A stretch of 64,000 nucleotides of DNA. Origin: Octopus vulgaris (lineage: Eukaryota). Where the stretch lies: the NCBI GenBank assembly GCA_951406725.2, contig OX597826.1:77562001-77626000 (forward strand), written 5' to 3'. The translations under genes were made by a program, and so were the position numbers. Shown here piece after piece: positions 37,593-50,613 of this stretch; the stretch's first letter is position 1, and each line of letters begins with the position of its first letter. The notes under the pieces are model-generated. The model searched no databases, was not told where the DNA came from, and was given only the letters and a program-made list of their open reading frames with translations.

Positions 37593-38544
37593 TACAGTGC
37601 ATTCCAGAAGTTTTGAGACTCTTTTAGGAGAGGCAGTTAAACCTGTTCAAGCTCATTGTAATTTTAGTACATCATTACAATATATAATAATCTAATAAGC
37701 AGACCTACCACCTTTTGTTATTCCAGACTGAACAAGACACCTGTAACACACCCTACTGAACACAGCTCGTTACGGCTGACTCGTTTGCAGAATGCAGTCA
37801 AGAGACATAAAGACAACTCAGAACGTTGCCCATGCAATACACTTCAGCATTGAATATGGCAAAAATGCTAGAGAAACTTTGAAATGCACCAAACATATTA
37901 TGGATTAACTTATACGAGCTGAGCATCTGTTTGTTTTGCAGACTCAAGCAGCCAAGCAGAGCAAGTCCATTGGAAACCTCATGGAGTTCCCCTTTTTTTT
38001 TTCGATAGAGAGGACATCTATATCCACTGGGTTCCCTTTCATCATCATCATCGTTTAACGTCCATTTTCCATGCTAGCATGGGTTGGACGGTTCGACTGG
38101 GTTCTGGGAAGCCAGGAGGCTGCACCAGGCTCCAATCTGGTCTGACAATGTTTCTACAGCTTGATGCCCTTCCTAATGCCAACCACTCTATGAGTGTAGT
38201 AGGTGCTTTTTACGTGCCACCTGTGGAGGTTTCAAAAGAGGTGAGGAAGAGATTTCATTACAAAAGGCCAGAGCACTTGCTCCACAATTCTATCCTGATA
38301 ACCAGCCATTTGGCTGCACCACCCCTACAGTGCAAACTTGGTTATTTTGGTTATCCCCCAGGCTGAAGGAGAAGATGAAAGTGTCTGTGTCAAGGGTCCT
38401 GGACACCTTTATGAAGGGGCTGGAGTTCTACGACAAGTGAATTGAAGTCTGAGGATGCTACCCTAAAGGAGATCAGTGTTTTGTACTGCTTTGAAATTAA
38501 CGAATGTCTCACCTGCAAAAGTATAAAATCATCTGGAATGCACC

Positions 38545-38548
<4 letters not shown>
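37593..38548 (+). mobile_element. Internally deleted mariner with both TIRs; SINE-C inserted
   Basis: TIRs GTGCATTCCAGA / TCTGGAATGCAC; AIHFSIEYGKNARET N-terminus; RKRFHYKRPE, PPYSANL and YPKGD remnants. Confidence 0.8.
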
Positions 38549-38599
<51 letters not shown>

Positions 38600-39469
38600 T
38601 GTGTGTGTAGGTGCAAGGGTAGCTCTATGGTAGGACGTTTGGTTCCCAATCACATGCTTTCAAGTGTTCAGCCCCACTGCATGGCACTTGGGACCAGTGA
38701 CTTCTGTCAAAGCTCTGGGCCAATTAAAAGCCTCGCCAACGGATTTGGTACAAAGAAATTGAAAGAAGTCCATTGTATCATCATCATCACTGTCATCATA
38801 TGTCATTGTTACAGGCAGGCAAGAGTCAGATATAGAGCCTGGTGCCGTTTCAGGCCTTAGCAGCTCCTGTCAAACTGTCCAGATGATGATGGTGGTGGTG
38901 GTGGTGGTGGTGGTGATGATATATTCTGGTGGTGACAGATATATATTTTACTCATTATTCATTTTATCATAAATTTTTTTAAAAATTAGGTTTTGGTTAA
39001 TGGAAGTTTCGAGGTTGATAGTTAAATTTACTGTTAATGTTTGACATACATTTACAATTCAAAACGGCCACCCCCTGCTTTCACCACAGCCCTTAATCTT
39101 TTCTCCACTGAAGAGCATGACACATTGTGTTAATATAATGGGTAAATATACAAGCTGCACCTGGTGTGTGTGTGTGTGTGTGTAGGTGTGTGTGGTGGGG
39201 TACGCTACTGTCTCGTGTCATGACATTGTGGGATAGTAATAAATGATATTGTCGTTGTCATGCAAGCAATGTCATTCAGTTCCAATTTTCTGTGAAAATG
39301 CATTTCATAACAGGAAAACATTAGCTTACTTAGAAACCAGTGAAGGTCATACAAAATCTGCCCCAACAAACTCTGCACAACCCCTATGAACATGCAAAAG
39401 GGGACATTGCAATGACAATGATGATATGTGTGTACATATATATTTATATATATATATATATATATATAT

Positions 39470-39691
39470 TTACTCTTTTACTCTTTTACTTGTTTCAGTC
39501 ATTTGACTGCAGCCATGCTGGAGCACCGCCTTTAATCGAGCAACTCGACCCCGGGACTTATTCTTTTGTAAGCCCAGTACTTATTCTATCGGTCTCTTTT
39601 GCCGAACCGCTAAGTAACGGGGACGTAAACACACCAGCATCGGTTGTCAAGCAATGCTAGGGGGACAAACACAGACACACAAACACACACA

Positions 39692-39726
<35 letters not shown>

Positions 39727-39878
39727 GACGGGCTTCTTTCAGTTTCCGTCTACCAAATCCACTCACAAGGCTTTGGTCGGCCCGAGGCTATAGTAGAAGA
39801 CACTTCCCCAAGGTGCCACACAGAGGGACTGAACTCGGAAACATGTGGTTGGTTAGCAAGCTACTTACCACACAGCCA

Positions 39879-39880
<2 letters not shown>
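39470..39880 (-). mobile_element. SINE family A, CpG-rich (young) copy
   Basis: Near-consensus copy with CpGs retained. Similar copies at 51918-52287(-) and 63398-63745(-). Confidence 0.9.
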
Positions 39881-39928
<48 letters not shown>

Positions 39929-39929
39929 T

Positions 39930-40250
39930 ATAAATATAAGGGGAATTTTTTTAACCACTATGTGGAAACCCCTTATGCTAGAAGAAGATCCGCTATGGTC
40001 TTAACCACTAAGAATTGTTCTCCAGAAAATTTCTTGGTGTGCTAAATTTTCTGGAGAACAATTCTTAGTGGTTAAGACCATAGCGGATCTTCTTCTAGCA
40101 TAAGGGTTTCCACATAGTGGTTAAAAAAATTCCCTCTCATATTTATGTATGAAATACTATTTACTGAATCTCAGTTTTTTTATATGCTAGAGCACTGGTG
40201 TTAAAACTGATGTTATCAAATTAATATCCAATTTTTTCACCCTCATTTTG

Positions 40251-40255
<5 letters not shown>
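39930..40255 (+). mobile_element. Fold-back (TA)n-inserted element, family F
   Basis: ~100-bp arms 39930-40032 and 40044-40146, 11-nt loop, ~110-nt tail, (TA)n on both sides. Confidence 0.85.
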
Positions 40256-40288
<33 letters not shown>

Positions 40289-41133
40289 TGGCTTAACAGC
40301 CCTTACTGTTTGTTTTCACTGTTTTGTTCTTACTGTCCTGTATTTGTTACCACTTTAACCATCCGCAAAAAAAATCCCAAATTTTATTTAATTTGCTTTG
40401 TGGGAAGGGCTGTTTTAACAAAGTCATGTCTTGTGCTAACTTTCGAAACATGGAGTAGATAAAACAGGGACATTTGCCACCATCTATATCTCTCTCTCTC
40501 TTCCTTTACTCAACCATTCCATTCATATTCTGATCCCTGTCCCTTGTGAGTACGCCTGGCCCTTTGTCACCGTCTCTATCCTGCTGTCTCATATTTTCTC
40601 TCTCCTTCTTCTGCACTTCACTCAGGTTGGGTAATCATGGACCTCCTTTGCAGCAGTATGCCTGTTTCTGTTTTTGTTCCTGATTTCTCTCTCTCTCCTT
40701 CTCTCTCGCTGGGTAACCTTGTGCCTCCTCTACGGCAAGGCACCTGTCTCACTATAACCTTTCGTCATTCAACACAAGATCACATCCCCAAATTCCGCCT
40801 CCCCACTCAAAAGATTCGTTGTCTTGCAAGTTACTTGGTGACCCTTCCAATGCAGGTGCCACTTAAAGAGCACCCAGTCCACACTGTAAAGTGGTTGGCA
40901 TTTGGAAGGGCATCCAGCTGAAAAAAACCTTGCCAAAACTAACCTTGCCTGTGCTTGTGCCACGCAAAAAGGACTAAGTCCACTCTGCTGAGTGGTTGGT
41001 GTTAGGAAGGGCATCCAGCTGTAAAAACCATGCCAAAACAGTCACAGAAGTCTGGTGCAAGCTTCTGCCTGGCTAGCTCCTGTCAAATTGCCCCACCCAT
41101 GCAAGCATGGAAGGCAGATTTTAAACGACAATG

Positions 41134-41169
<36 letters not shown>

Positions 41170-41809
41170 TTATGGGTAAACATATGTAGTAGGTAAGATA
41201 TCAAAAATGGTGAATGTGCTCTGCAAACACACTACCTGGGACTTGCCCTGGAACAAGGTTTGAATATTGCAGTTAACGCTTACTTTCTGAGCCTTAATTC
41301 TTTAACTTTAAAGTTGACATATATACAAGCATATATGTATGTATGTATGTATGTATGTATATGCATATATGTGTGTATATATATATATATATACAACAGA
41401 CTTCTTTCAGTTACCATCCACCAAATCCATATATATATATATATATATGATGATATATTCTGGAGGTGACATATATATTTTACTCATCATTATATATATA
41501 TATATATACACACACACAACAGACTTCTTTCAGTTACAATCCACCAAATCCATTCCTAAACTTTGGTGAGCCTGAGGCTACAATAGAAGACACTTACCAA
41601 AGGTACCATACAGTAGGACTGAAACTAGAATCATGAGCTGAGAAGCAAACCTCTTATCACATAGCCACGCCTGTGCCTATATTACCTGCACTTCAAAAAA
41701 TTTGATTTACTTTAGGTTTTTCATTTTCATTTCATTGCAAGAAAAATAAAATCATTAGAATAAAAATGTTTTGCTTTTAGAATTAAATTAATTTCCATTG
41801 CACTCTACA

Positions 41810-42060
41810 GGTGTGATTTACAGAACATTAGATGCAAAAACATTACAAGGAAAGAAGATTATGGCTTTTGAAATGGAATGGTGTAGAAAAATCTTTTGTA
41901 TTTCATGTATTGAACATGAAATTAAAGAGAGCATTAAGAAGGAAATTATTGAAAGAAGTGCATAGCACAAAATTCTTGTCAACTGCTGAAGACAGAAAAT
42001 GACGCTGTTAGGCCATTAAGTGCAAAGTCTACTTTAACGAATATGGTCATAGAAAAACAT
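41810..42060 (+). mobile_element. RTE RT C-terminal remnant
   Basis: KIMAFEMEWCRKIFCISCIEH resembles RIEAFEMWCYRRILRISW. Confidence 0.65.
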
Positions 42061-43306
42061 TACCTTCGCATCGCTTTGATGTTTGCACTGGCCATGACTT
42101 TTGCAAGGTTTCTTTCTTACATCATATTCAATAGAAATTGATGTAGAAAATGCTTGGCATGAAATTAGGCAGAAAAAAATGTGGACATGAAAAGAACCAG
42201 ATCTTTAACCGTTTTGATACAAAACCGCCTGAAACAGAAATTCCTAGTTTTAAAGTGATCAAGTCTTAAAACCTCCCATGCTAATTTATATTCCAAACAT
42301 CATCTTCTTAATGACAAAGTTATTTAATAAATTCTTTGTTATTTTCAAAATTAATTAAAACAAATATTTCAAAAGAAATATGGTAAAAATGGTTCATCTA
42401 AAAGCTGCAACAGCAGAAACTCTACTAAATTTCTAACGCCTGCAACATAATAAATTCTATTTAAAGAATCCTTGAACAAGGTGGTCGTGTTAGACTGGGC
42501 AATGAATTAGGTTTAATATCCAAAATATATGAATAATCAATATATATATTCTGGCAGCGCAAAGAAGCCAGGAAGAGTCTCAGAATGGCTACAACAAGGT
42601 CAATGATGTGTAGAGACTCAGTTTTGAGTAAAGTGCATCTGTTCCTGCTTCAGTGGTTCTTCATAGGTGTAAACTGATTGGGAGTTAGTGGTTTGGGTTT
42701 ATAGTGAATCAATTGTTGGAGTTTTCTTTGTTGTTAAGTAAAGCAGAACTTTTTATGACACCGCAAAGAATACAAGACAACCTCTGTGTGTGTATGTGTG
42801 TATGTGTGCGTGCATAAGTGAGAGGGAGAGTATGGGGCTAGGGTGAGCATGTGTGTGCATGCACAAACACAAAAACACACATACACATATTCATATACAT
42901 AAAGGTATGCATATATATATATATATATACACAAATGAATGACTAAAAGAGAAAGAATTTTAAAGTTATATATTTACCTATGTTAGGAATGGTGAGGAAC
43001 AACCATTTATGGCTAACTTTGTTACTGAGAGAAGAAGCATGAAAATGTTTATCCCTACAGTTTCTTTGTAAGTTTAGATCATCATCGCCATGATAAATGA
43101 ACATCCACTGTCCATGCTAGCATGGGTAAGATGGTCTGAGTGGGGTTGGTCAGCTAGCAAGCTGCACCAGGTTCCAATTGTCTGTTTCGGCATGGTGGTC
43201 TCTACTGCTGGATGCCCTTCCTAACACCAACCACCTTTACAGAACATACTGGGTGCTTTTCATGTGACACCAGCACCAGTGCTTTTTATGTGGTACCAGC
43301 ATGTAG

Positions 43307-43344
<38 letters not shown>

Positions 43345-43347
<3 letters not shown>

Positions 43348-43632
43348 TGAGGGAATATTATTCCAAACTTACAGGGAAAAATTCAATTTAGAAATACTAA
43401 ATCAAATTTCACAAAATATAATATATATATAAATTAGAAAAAATACCACCTTTTATCAATTCAATAATGAAAAAGTTAAATTATACCATTTAGAAAAATT
43501 ACATCTTATAGAAAAATTAAATATAAGATAAAACATATAACAATGATTAAGTAATGTACAAAATAATAAATAAAACGTATATATTTGGTAGAATAACGAC
43601 ACATGTTTCTTGGTTATATTTAAGAAATTTCT

Positions 43633-43640
<8 letters not shown>
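43345..43640 (-). mobile_element. (TA)n-flanked AT-rich element with an HHR-like 3' half and a terminal micro-inversion
   Basis: Minus strand GAAAC-ATGT-GTC near 43597-43609; hairpin ATATTTAAGAAATTTCTTAAATAT at the junction. Confidence 0.4.
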
Positions 43641-43673
<33 letters not shown>

Positions 43674-43839
43674 ATTCAAATAATAAGACAAAGAAATTGT
43701 TTCTGTCTCCACTCTGCTTTCAATGCCAACCTGCATCAATTGATGTGACTAAAATTTCCTCAAGGCAGTGCCCCAGCATGGCTGCAGTCCAATGACTGAA
43801 ACCAGTAAAAGATAAAAGATGTGTGTGCATGTTTATGAA

Positions 43840-44115
43840 GGAGAGAGACTTGGAGGTTAGAGTGTTGTAGCCATGATTGCAAGATTGCGGTTTCAATTCC
43901 CAGACCAGCTGCATGTTGTGTTCTTGTGCAAAACATTTCATTTCATGTTGGTTCAGTCCACTAAGCTGTAAACAGATATCCCTGTAACGGACTGGTGATC
44001 TGTTCAAAGGGTATGTTGGCCTGACTACCTGCCTCGGCAGCCGGGTGGTATCATTTGAAAGTTTTAATACAGGTAGATGCATTGTAATCAATAGTGTAAA
44101 ACAATATCCAAAATG
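43840..44115 (+). mobile_element. tRNA/CORE-like SINE family D
   Basis: B box GTTTCAATTCC plus TGTGTTCTTG.GCAAAACA.TTCAT. Other pieces at 28760-28850 and 51630-51745; a young 3' end with (CACGTGAT)2 tail at 33693-33811(-). Confidence 0.7.
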
Positions 44116-44222
44116 TTGGTAGACACAATGAAATTCTATACTTTTGAATATTAGTCACGTTTCAGAAGTTGGTTACCATCTTATTGTTCAAATTGCTAGA
44201 AACAGTAGCTAAATCCATTTAT

Positions 44223-44618
44223 CCCTTTGGCATTTAAACTGGCCATATCAGGCCACAACTGTCTATTTATTTTATGTCCAAACAAGCCAGACTTGGCCTC
44301 TTGCACTTAACCTACAATATCATTCTGGAAATAAGCAATCTCATCATTGAAATCTTGAAATTACAAGATGATTGGCACGTAAAAGCACCCAGTACACTCT
44401 CAGAGTGGTTGGCATTAGGAAGGGCATCCAGCTGTAGAAACTCTGCCAGATCAGATTGGAGCCTGGTGCAGGCATCTGGTTCACCAGTCCTCAGTCAAAT
44501 CGTCCATCCCATGGTAGCATGGAAAACGGACGTTAAACGATGATGATGATGATTAAATGATTACTTCAAGACGATAAATAAGCAGTACTTTTGACAGAAT
44601 AATTTGAATGCTAAAGGG
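44223..44618. mobile_element. Second piggyBac-type MITE family with a SINE-C insertion
   Basis: TIR CCCTTTGGCATTTAAA / TTTGAATGCTAAAGGG; degenerate TTAA flanks. Confidence 0.7.
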
Positions 44619-45266
44619 TTCTAATCATATTCTTCAGTGTTAACAACCAAAAAGACGATATTGAATAATTCGCACAAACACAAAGACTCAGAGAATGTTT
44701 CCCCAGGTTCAAAATTTGTGCCACAAATCGTAGCTAGTTTACTTGGCCTCCGGGCATTGTTCTATTGGAGCAATTAGCAGGAGTTGATGGAATTACCTTT
44801 TACTCCAAGAATAATGTAAATCTATCTTTGACCACTTCTTCATAAGAGTCACCTAATCTTTGCCGAATTACAGTTATCAACGACAGGTAATGTATTTGTC
44901 CAGTTTAGTCCCAATCATCATATTTTCATTTAGTGGCATGAAATGGTTCTAAATCACTAACTCTTCCTTCTTTCTCTCAATCAGTGAATTCTTTTGGTAT
45001 CATGTGTGTATTTAAGTCTTATATATATAGTCAAAAATTGTGAAGCATGACTGTCACCACTACTACATGAACCTGAAGATTGCAGAATTTAATGCATGGT
45101 AGTACTAGTTCAATCAGAATGAACATTTAACATTCTACTATTTTATTTTATTCTATTATTTTATCTTATATTATATCATTATAAGATTGTAAATAAAATG
45201 TGAAAATCAGACAAGGTTGGAATTCCTTTTATTAATATATTCTTCTATACACAATCACACACATCC

Positions 45267-45298
<32 letters not shown>

Positions 45299-45494
45299 TC
45301 ACACACACACACACATACAGTTACACCTGCTCTCTCTTTCAAATGCAAAAAGCATACAGCAATTTACCTGCCCACTAAAAACTCACCTTTCGTTTGGAAA
45401 TGACCATCAAGTTAGCCCAGTCCCCAACAGCTACAACAAAACTCTTTCTTCCTTTTGAATTTAATATTTTACGATTGTCATCATCAGCGTCATC

Positions 45495-46320
45495 ATAATG
45501 AAAGACAAAACGGGAGATATTGGAGAAAAGCTGGATTTGAAGGGAGTAAATGTGTTGTGTACAAGAGGCAAGAGCCGAAGTCTTCATGACCAAGAATCAA
45601 GGATACTAATCTTTCTGGGATGCCAACAGCCTTGGGTTGTATTGAGGGGACATATTGTTGGCAGTGAAATGGATGAAGTAATTGAGGAAGTTAAAAGCAT
45701 GCATTAGAATAATTATGCTGAGTCTCGTGATGACACCATAACAACAGCATCTATCTCTAGATACAGACCACAATTAAAGCTGGCAGAGGACCATAAAAAT
45801 GTGGCCTTCCAGCAGACTGTCGGATATTGCTGTACTACAATAAGGGTCACTACCATTATCGACCTCATTATTAAAAAGAGCAATTTTAATGTTAAACAAC
45901 ACTATGATGGCTTCTCCAGTGTAAATGGGGATGAGGAATTAAGAATGATTTAACCATTTGCGATATTAATTTCAGGAAATAAACCTGCTTCCTGAGGACC
46001 TAATCAGCTGAATACAAAAGCAGATAGACAGGCGATTGTGGACACTGTGAATAGTAGGCCTTTACTAGGTGAAGATTTAGATTAATGGTTAGTGACCCCA
46101 GAATGAGAGTTTAATAAATCCAGTGACACAAGACAATCGAGAGAAGGAAGAAATGGAAACTGAATGAGTCTTTGACTAGTCATGAGTTTAAAGAAGTTCT
46201 AACTGATGTATATAACAAAGGTGGGGGGTGGGGTGATACTTCAATTATCTGTCTGGGTAAGTAATATGTTAGTTATGAGCAAAATTAGTAAATTGGTACA
46301 GCAGAGTCATGTACCAAATC
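45495..46320 (+). mobile_element. Decayed RTE LINE, APE endonuclease region
   Basis: MKDKTGDIGEKLDLKGVNVLC... and ICDINFRK...QID remnants match RTE endonuclease motifs. Confidence 0.7.
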
Positions 46321-46978
46321 ACTGGCAAAGCTGTATTCTAAAAATAAATAATCCTATCATTGAAATCTCAATGTTGTGATATAATATACAATTAATTCAA
46401 AATATTTTGAATAAATGAGTATAACATTTGAGAGAGTAATCTGATTACTAAATGGTTAAAGAAGTTGTCTGTGGAAGGATTCCAGTGTTCTCTCAACCCA
46501 CTGTCTTGTATTCAGAGCTACTGCTGTCTATGAGAAGCTGCCTTTGCTGTGACTACAAAGTCCACTTCTCTGCTGTCCATTGGTCTTCTTTGGTTAAGTT
46601 TGCTACAGCTGGATAATCTTCCCTCACCACACCCTTTGCAGCGTGTGGGTGCACACGTACTTGGGGCAGGTGCTACATAAGAAGCACCCAGTCGGCACTC
46701 TGTAGAGTGGTTAGCATTAGGAAGGGCATCCAGCCATAGAAAGGATGCCAAAGCAGACAACTGGAGAATGGTGCAGTTCATGGGCTTCACAGCTTCTGTC
46801 AAACTGTCCGACCCCTGTTAACATGGGAGACAAATGTTAAATAATGGTGATGTTGATGACCATGATGATGAAGAAGAGGATGGGGATGATGATGGGGATG
46901 ATGTCTGTATGAACAAAATATTTACAGGAAATAGATTAAAATATTGCACGTGATGGTTTCATTATTACATTCCAACAG

Positions 46979-47044
46979 AAGATAATGCTTTGAAAAAGTT
47001 GCCGATACAAGAAATACGCAAAGAGAGACTATGTTTCTGTATTG
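46979..47044 (+). CDS. Candidate 66-nt symmetric exon, product unknown
   Basis: ttacattccaacag| ... TTG|gtgagt. Only the phase 1-1 frame is open (xDNALKKLPIQEIRKERLCFCI); the other two have stops. No homology recognised. Confidence 0.3.
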
Positions 47045-47389
47045 GTGAGTAAGCTTGGAAGACACTGTAAACTATATGTATCAATGTAGTGGTGAATGTA
47101 TATAGTGTAGGAAAATGAATGCATACATTATACACACACGTGTGTAGAAACACATTTGTGTGAGTGTAATTGTGCATATATACATATATATACACAGATT
47201 GATAAATATAAATACATACATACTTACATATATATACAGATATACATATATATATAAATATATCTATACATATATAGATATATATATACAGATATACATA
47301 TATAGATATATACATACATATCTATACATATGTAGATATATACATATATACATATAACCCATGCTAGCATGGAAAACGGACGCTACATC

Positions 47390-48002
47390 TACAAATATAT
47401 ATATATACATACATATACAAATATATATATACATACATATACAAATATATATATACATACATATACAAATATATATATACATACATACATATACAAATAT
47501 ATATATATATCTAAATATATATATCTAAATATAAATACATATACAAATATATATATATAGATACAGATACAAATATACATATAGATACAGATACAAATAT
47601 ATATATAGATACAGATACAAATATATATATATATACATATACAAATATATACATATACAAATATATACATATACATATACAAATATATACAAATACAAAT
47701 ATATACATATACATATACAACTATATATACATACATATATACATATACAAATATATACATATATACATATACAAATATATACATACATACATATACAAAT
47801 ATATATATACATACATATACAAATATATATATACATACATATACAAATATATATATACATACATATACAAATATATATATACATACATATACAAATATAT
47901 ATATATACATACATATACATATATATACATACATATACAAATATATATGTACATACATATACAAATACATACATATACAAATATATATATACGAATATAT
48001 AT

Positions 48003-48041
<39 letters not shown>

Positions 48042-48143
48042 TATATATATATACATATACAAATATATATGTACATACATATACAAATATATATATACAT
48101 ACATATACAAATATATATATACGAATATATATACACATATATA

Positions 48144-48185
<42 letters not shown>

Positions 48186-48430
48186 AATATATATATATAT
48201 ATATACATACATATACAAATACATATATACATACATATACAAATATATATATATACATACATATAGAAATATATATATACGAATATATATATACATATAG
48301 GAATATATATATGGAAATAGAAATATATATATACAAATATAAGTATATATATATATATATACACAAATATATATATACGTAAATATATATATACAAATAT
48401 ATATATACATTATATATATATATACACACA
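47390..48430. repeat. ~1-kb (TA)/(TACA)-based minisatellite, unit about ACAAATATATATATACATACATAT
   Basis: Directly visible; source of the 279-354 aa YI ORFs. Confidence 0.95.
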
Positions 48431-48644
48431 CACACATATGTGCATATAAACACATTTGTGTGTGAATGTGTGCTATTGCTTTTATATATATATATATATA
48501 TCTAGTACATATACATGCATATGTGTTTATAAATATGGATGTGTATGTGTATGTACACACACACACACACACACACACACAAATATATGTATATACATAC
48601 ATACACATATGTATATGGTTGACACCAAAGTTCACATCTCTGGT

Positions 48645-48658
48645 GTAACCATGGCAAC
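48645..48658. promoter_or_regulatory. RFX X-box motif
   Basis: GTAACCATGGCAAC is an exact fit to GTNRCC-N(0-3)-RGYAAC and lies in a small non-repeat island. Confidence 0.4.
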
Positions 48659-48997
48659 AGCCACATTACCACAAGTGGAACATTGACAATAGACCCCGGC
48701 AGAAAAAAGAAGTCTTTAAGAGTTGCTTGTTGGAAGTTCACACTGTCCAAACACAACCAATATTCACAGGAATTTCATTATTGTCTTCTTCTTAATGATA
48801 ACAACAAAAATAAGAACAACAACAACAACAACTAAAGCACAACAAAAAATAACTATTGTTATTATTATTATTATCATTATTATATTTTTATTTTTTAAAT
48901 AATAATAACAATCATAATAATAAAAACAGAGAGAATAATGACAACAGCTAGAAGAACAATAACAGCAATTTCAAAAAAACAAAAAAATTAATACATA

Positions 48998-48999
<2 letters not shown>

Positions 49000-49035
<36 letters not shown>

Positions 49036-49208
49036 GGATGCAGATAAGAATGATGGTAATAACAATAATGAAAAGGATTTCTTTTACAATAACAACAACA
49101 ATTACTACAACAATAATGATGATGATAATGACAATAATAATAATAATAAAAACAATAACAATAATAATAATAACAATAATAATAACAATAATAATAACAA
49201 TAACAATG

Positions 49209-49239
<31 letters not shown>

Positions 49240-49309
49240 TAACAATGATGATAATAATAATAATAATGATAATAATAAAAATAAAAATAATAATAATAAT
49301 AATAATAAC

Positions 49310-49340
<31 letters not shown>

Positions 49341-49345
49341 GTAAT
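49000..49345. repeat. (AAT/AAC)n array
   Basis: Directly visible. Confidence 0.95.
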
Positions 49346-49550
49346 GTTGGCAATTTCACAATATTTTTATTTGATTTGTTGTATTCCTCAATCTGAGGTG
49401 AGAATATTATGTATGGAGATATTTATAAAAAAAATGCTCCTTTTTTTTTTTTTTAATACATATATGTTAGACTAGCAGGGTCAAAAACTGAACGTATTAA
49501 TATAGGAGATATCTGCATGCTTTTTGGGTTTTTTTTTAAAATTTTTATTA

Positions 49551-49600
<50 letters not shown>

Positions 49601-50485
49601 AAGTGCTTTGTCAGACAGAAGGTGGGAGGGGTTTTGTTTTTGCTTTTTATTTTTACTGAATTTATTTTTATATCTTCTAAAGTGTGGGGGTGTGAAGATC
49701 AGATTGAGTGTGGTGCGCATGCGGATTTATTAGCTTGAATTTATCATCATTACCATCATCATCATCATCATCATCATCACAGTAGCAGTAGTAGCAGTAG
49801 TAGTAGTAGTAGTAGTAGAATGGTTTTTCTCGTTTGTTTTCAGGTTCTTTTGTTTTTTGGTATTTTGGTGAGGGTTTGGAGATGAGGGGGTGGGTAAATA
49901 TTGGCGCTCCTTTCCCCTAAAGTCTTGAACTAATTTGATGGGTATTAATGTAAGAAGTTTAAAAAAACATAATACCAAAATTCTTTGAACTTCAACCAAA
50001 CGGACAATATCTTTTATGGAGCACTTGTTTTGCTTTCATTTTTTTTTAGTTGTTTTTTTATTGTTTTTGTCTGTTTTTCACTCTGTCTAATGGTCAAGTG
50101 GAACAATATCATTATTGCATAAGAGACGGAACTGTAATGTGATAGAAATGGTAAAATGCCAAGTGAAATTCCTTATGGTTTCTACAGTATATTTTCAGAG
50201 CAAAAAAATCAACAAATACTATACTTAGATTGTCACTTTGTGTTGGCATTGCTATTATCATTGTTTAACACCAGGTCAGCCTCATCAAGCATACATAATA
50301 TCAAAGACAATCCAATCATGGCAATCCCATCTTTTTGTCTTTGAGAGTGGAGTATGGTATTATCTAATATGTACTTTATTTAAAAAGATGAAAAAACTTG
50401 TTTATATATTAAATATATATATGTGTTATATATCATACATATAAACACACAAACACAAATACATACATGTGTATGTCTGTGTGTG

Positions 50486-50526
<41 letters not shown>

Positions 50527-50579
50527 CACACAAAGACATACATATATATATATGTATGTGTGTGTGTGTGTGTATGTTT

Positions 50580-50613
<34 letters not shown>

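Noticed and set aside
40620-40760. HDV-like ribozyme at the CCTCCT motifs upstream of a SINE-C
   Set aside because: Pairs as a simple hairpin (CCTTGTGCC/GGCAAGG); I could not build the nested double pseudoknot.
45381-45432. Minus-strand AAG|gtgagt donor with a possible 44-nt exon
   Set aside because: No signal-peptide character or homology, and adjacent to RTE debris; cannot be supported without RNA data.
47389-48635. Longest ORFs in the track (279-354 aa) and the other YI/TH/CV, poly-S and poly-I ORFs
   Set aside because: Stop-free translations of microsatellites.
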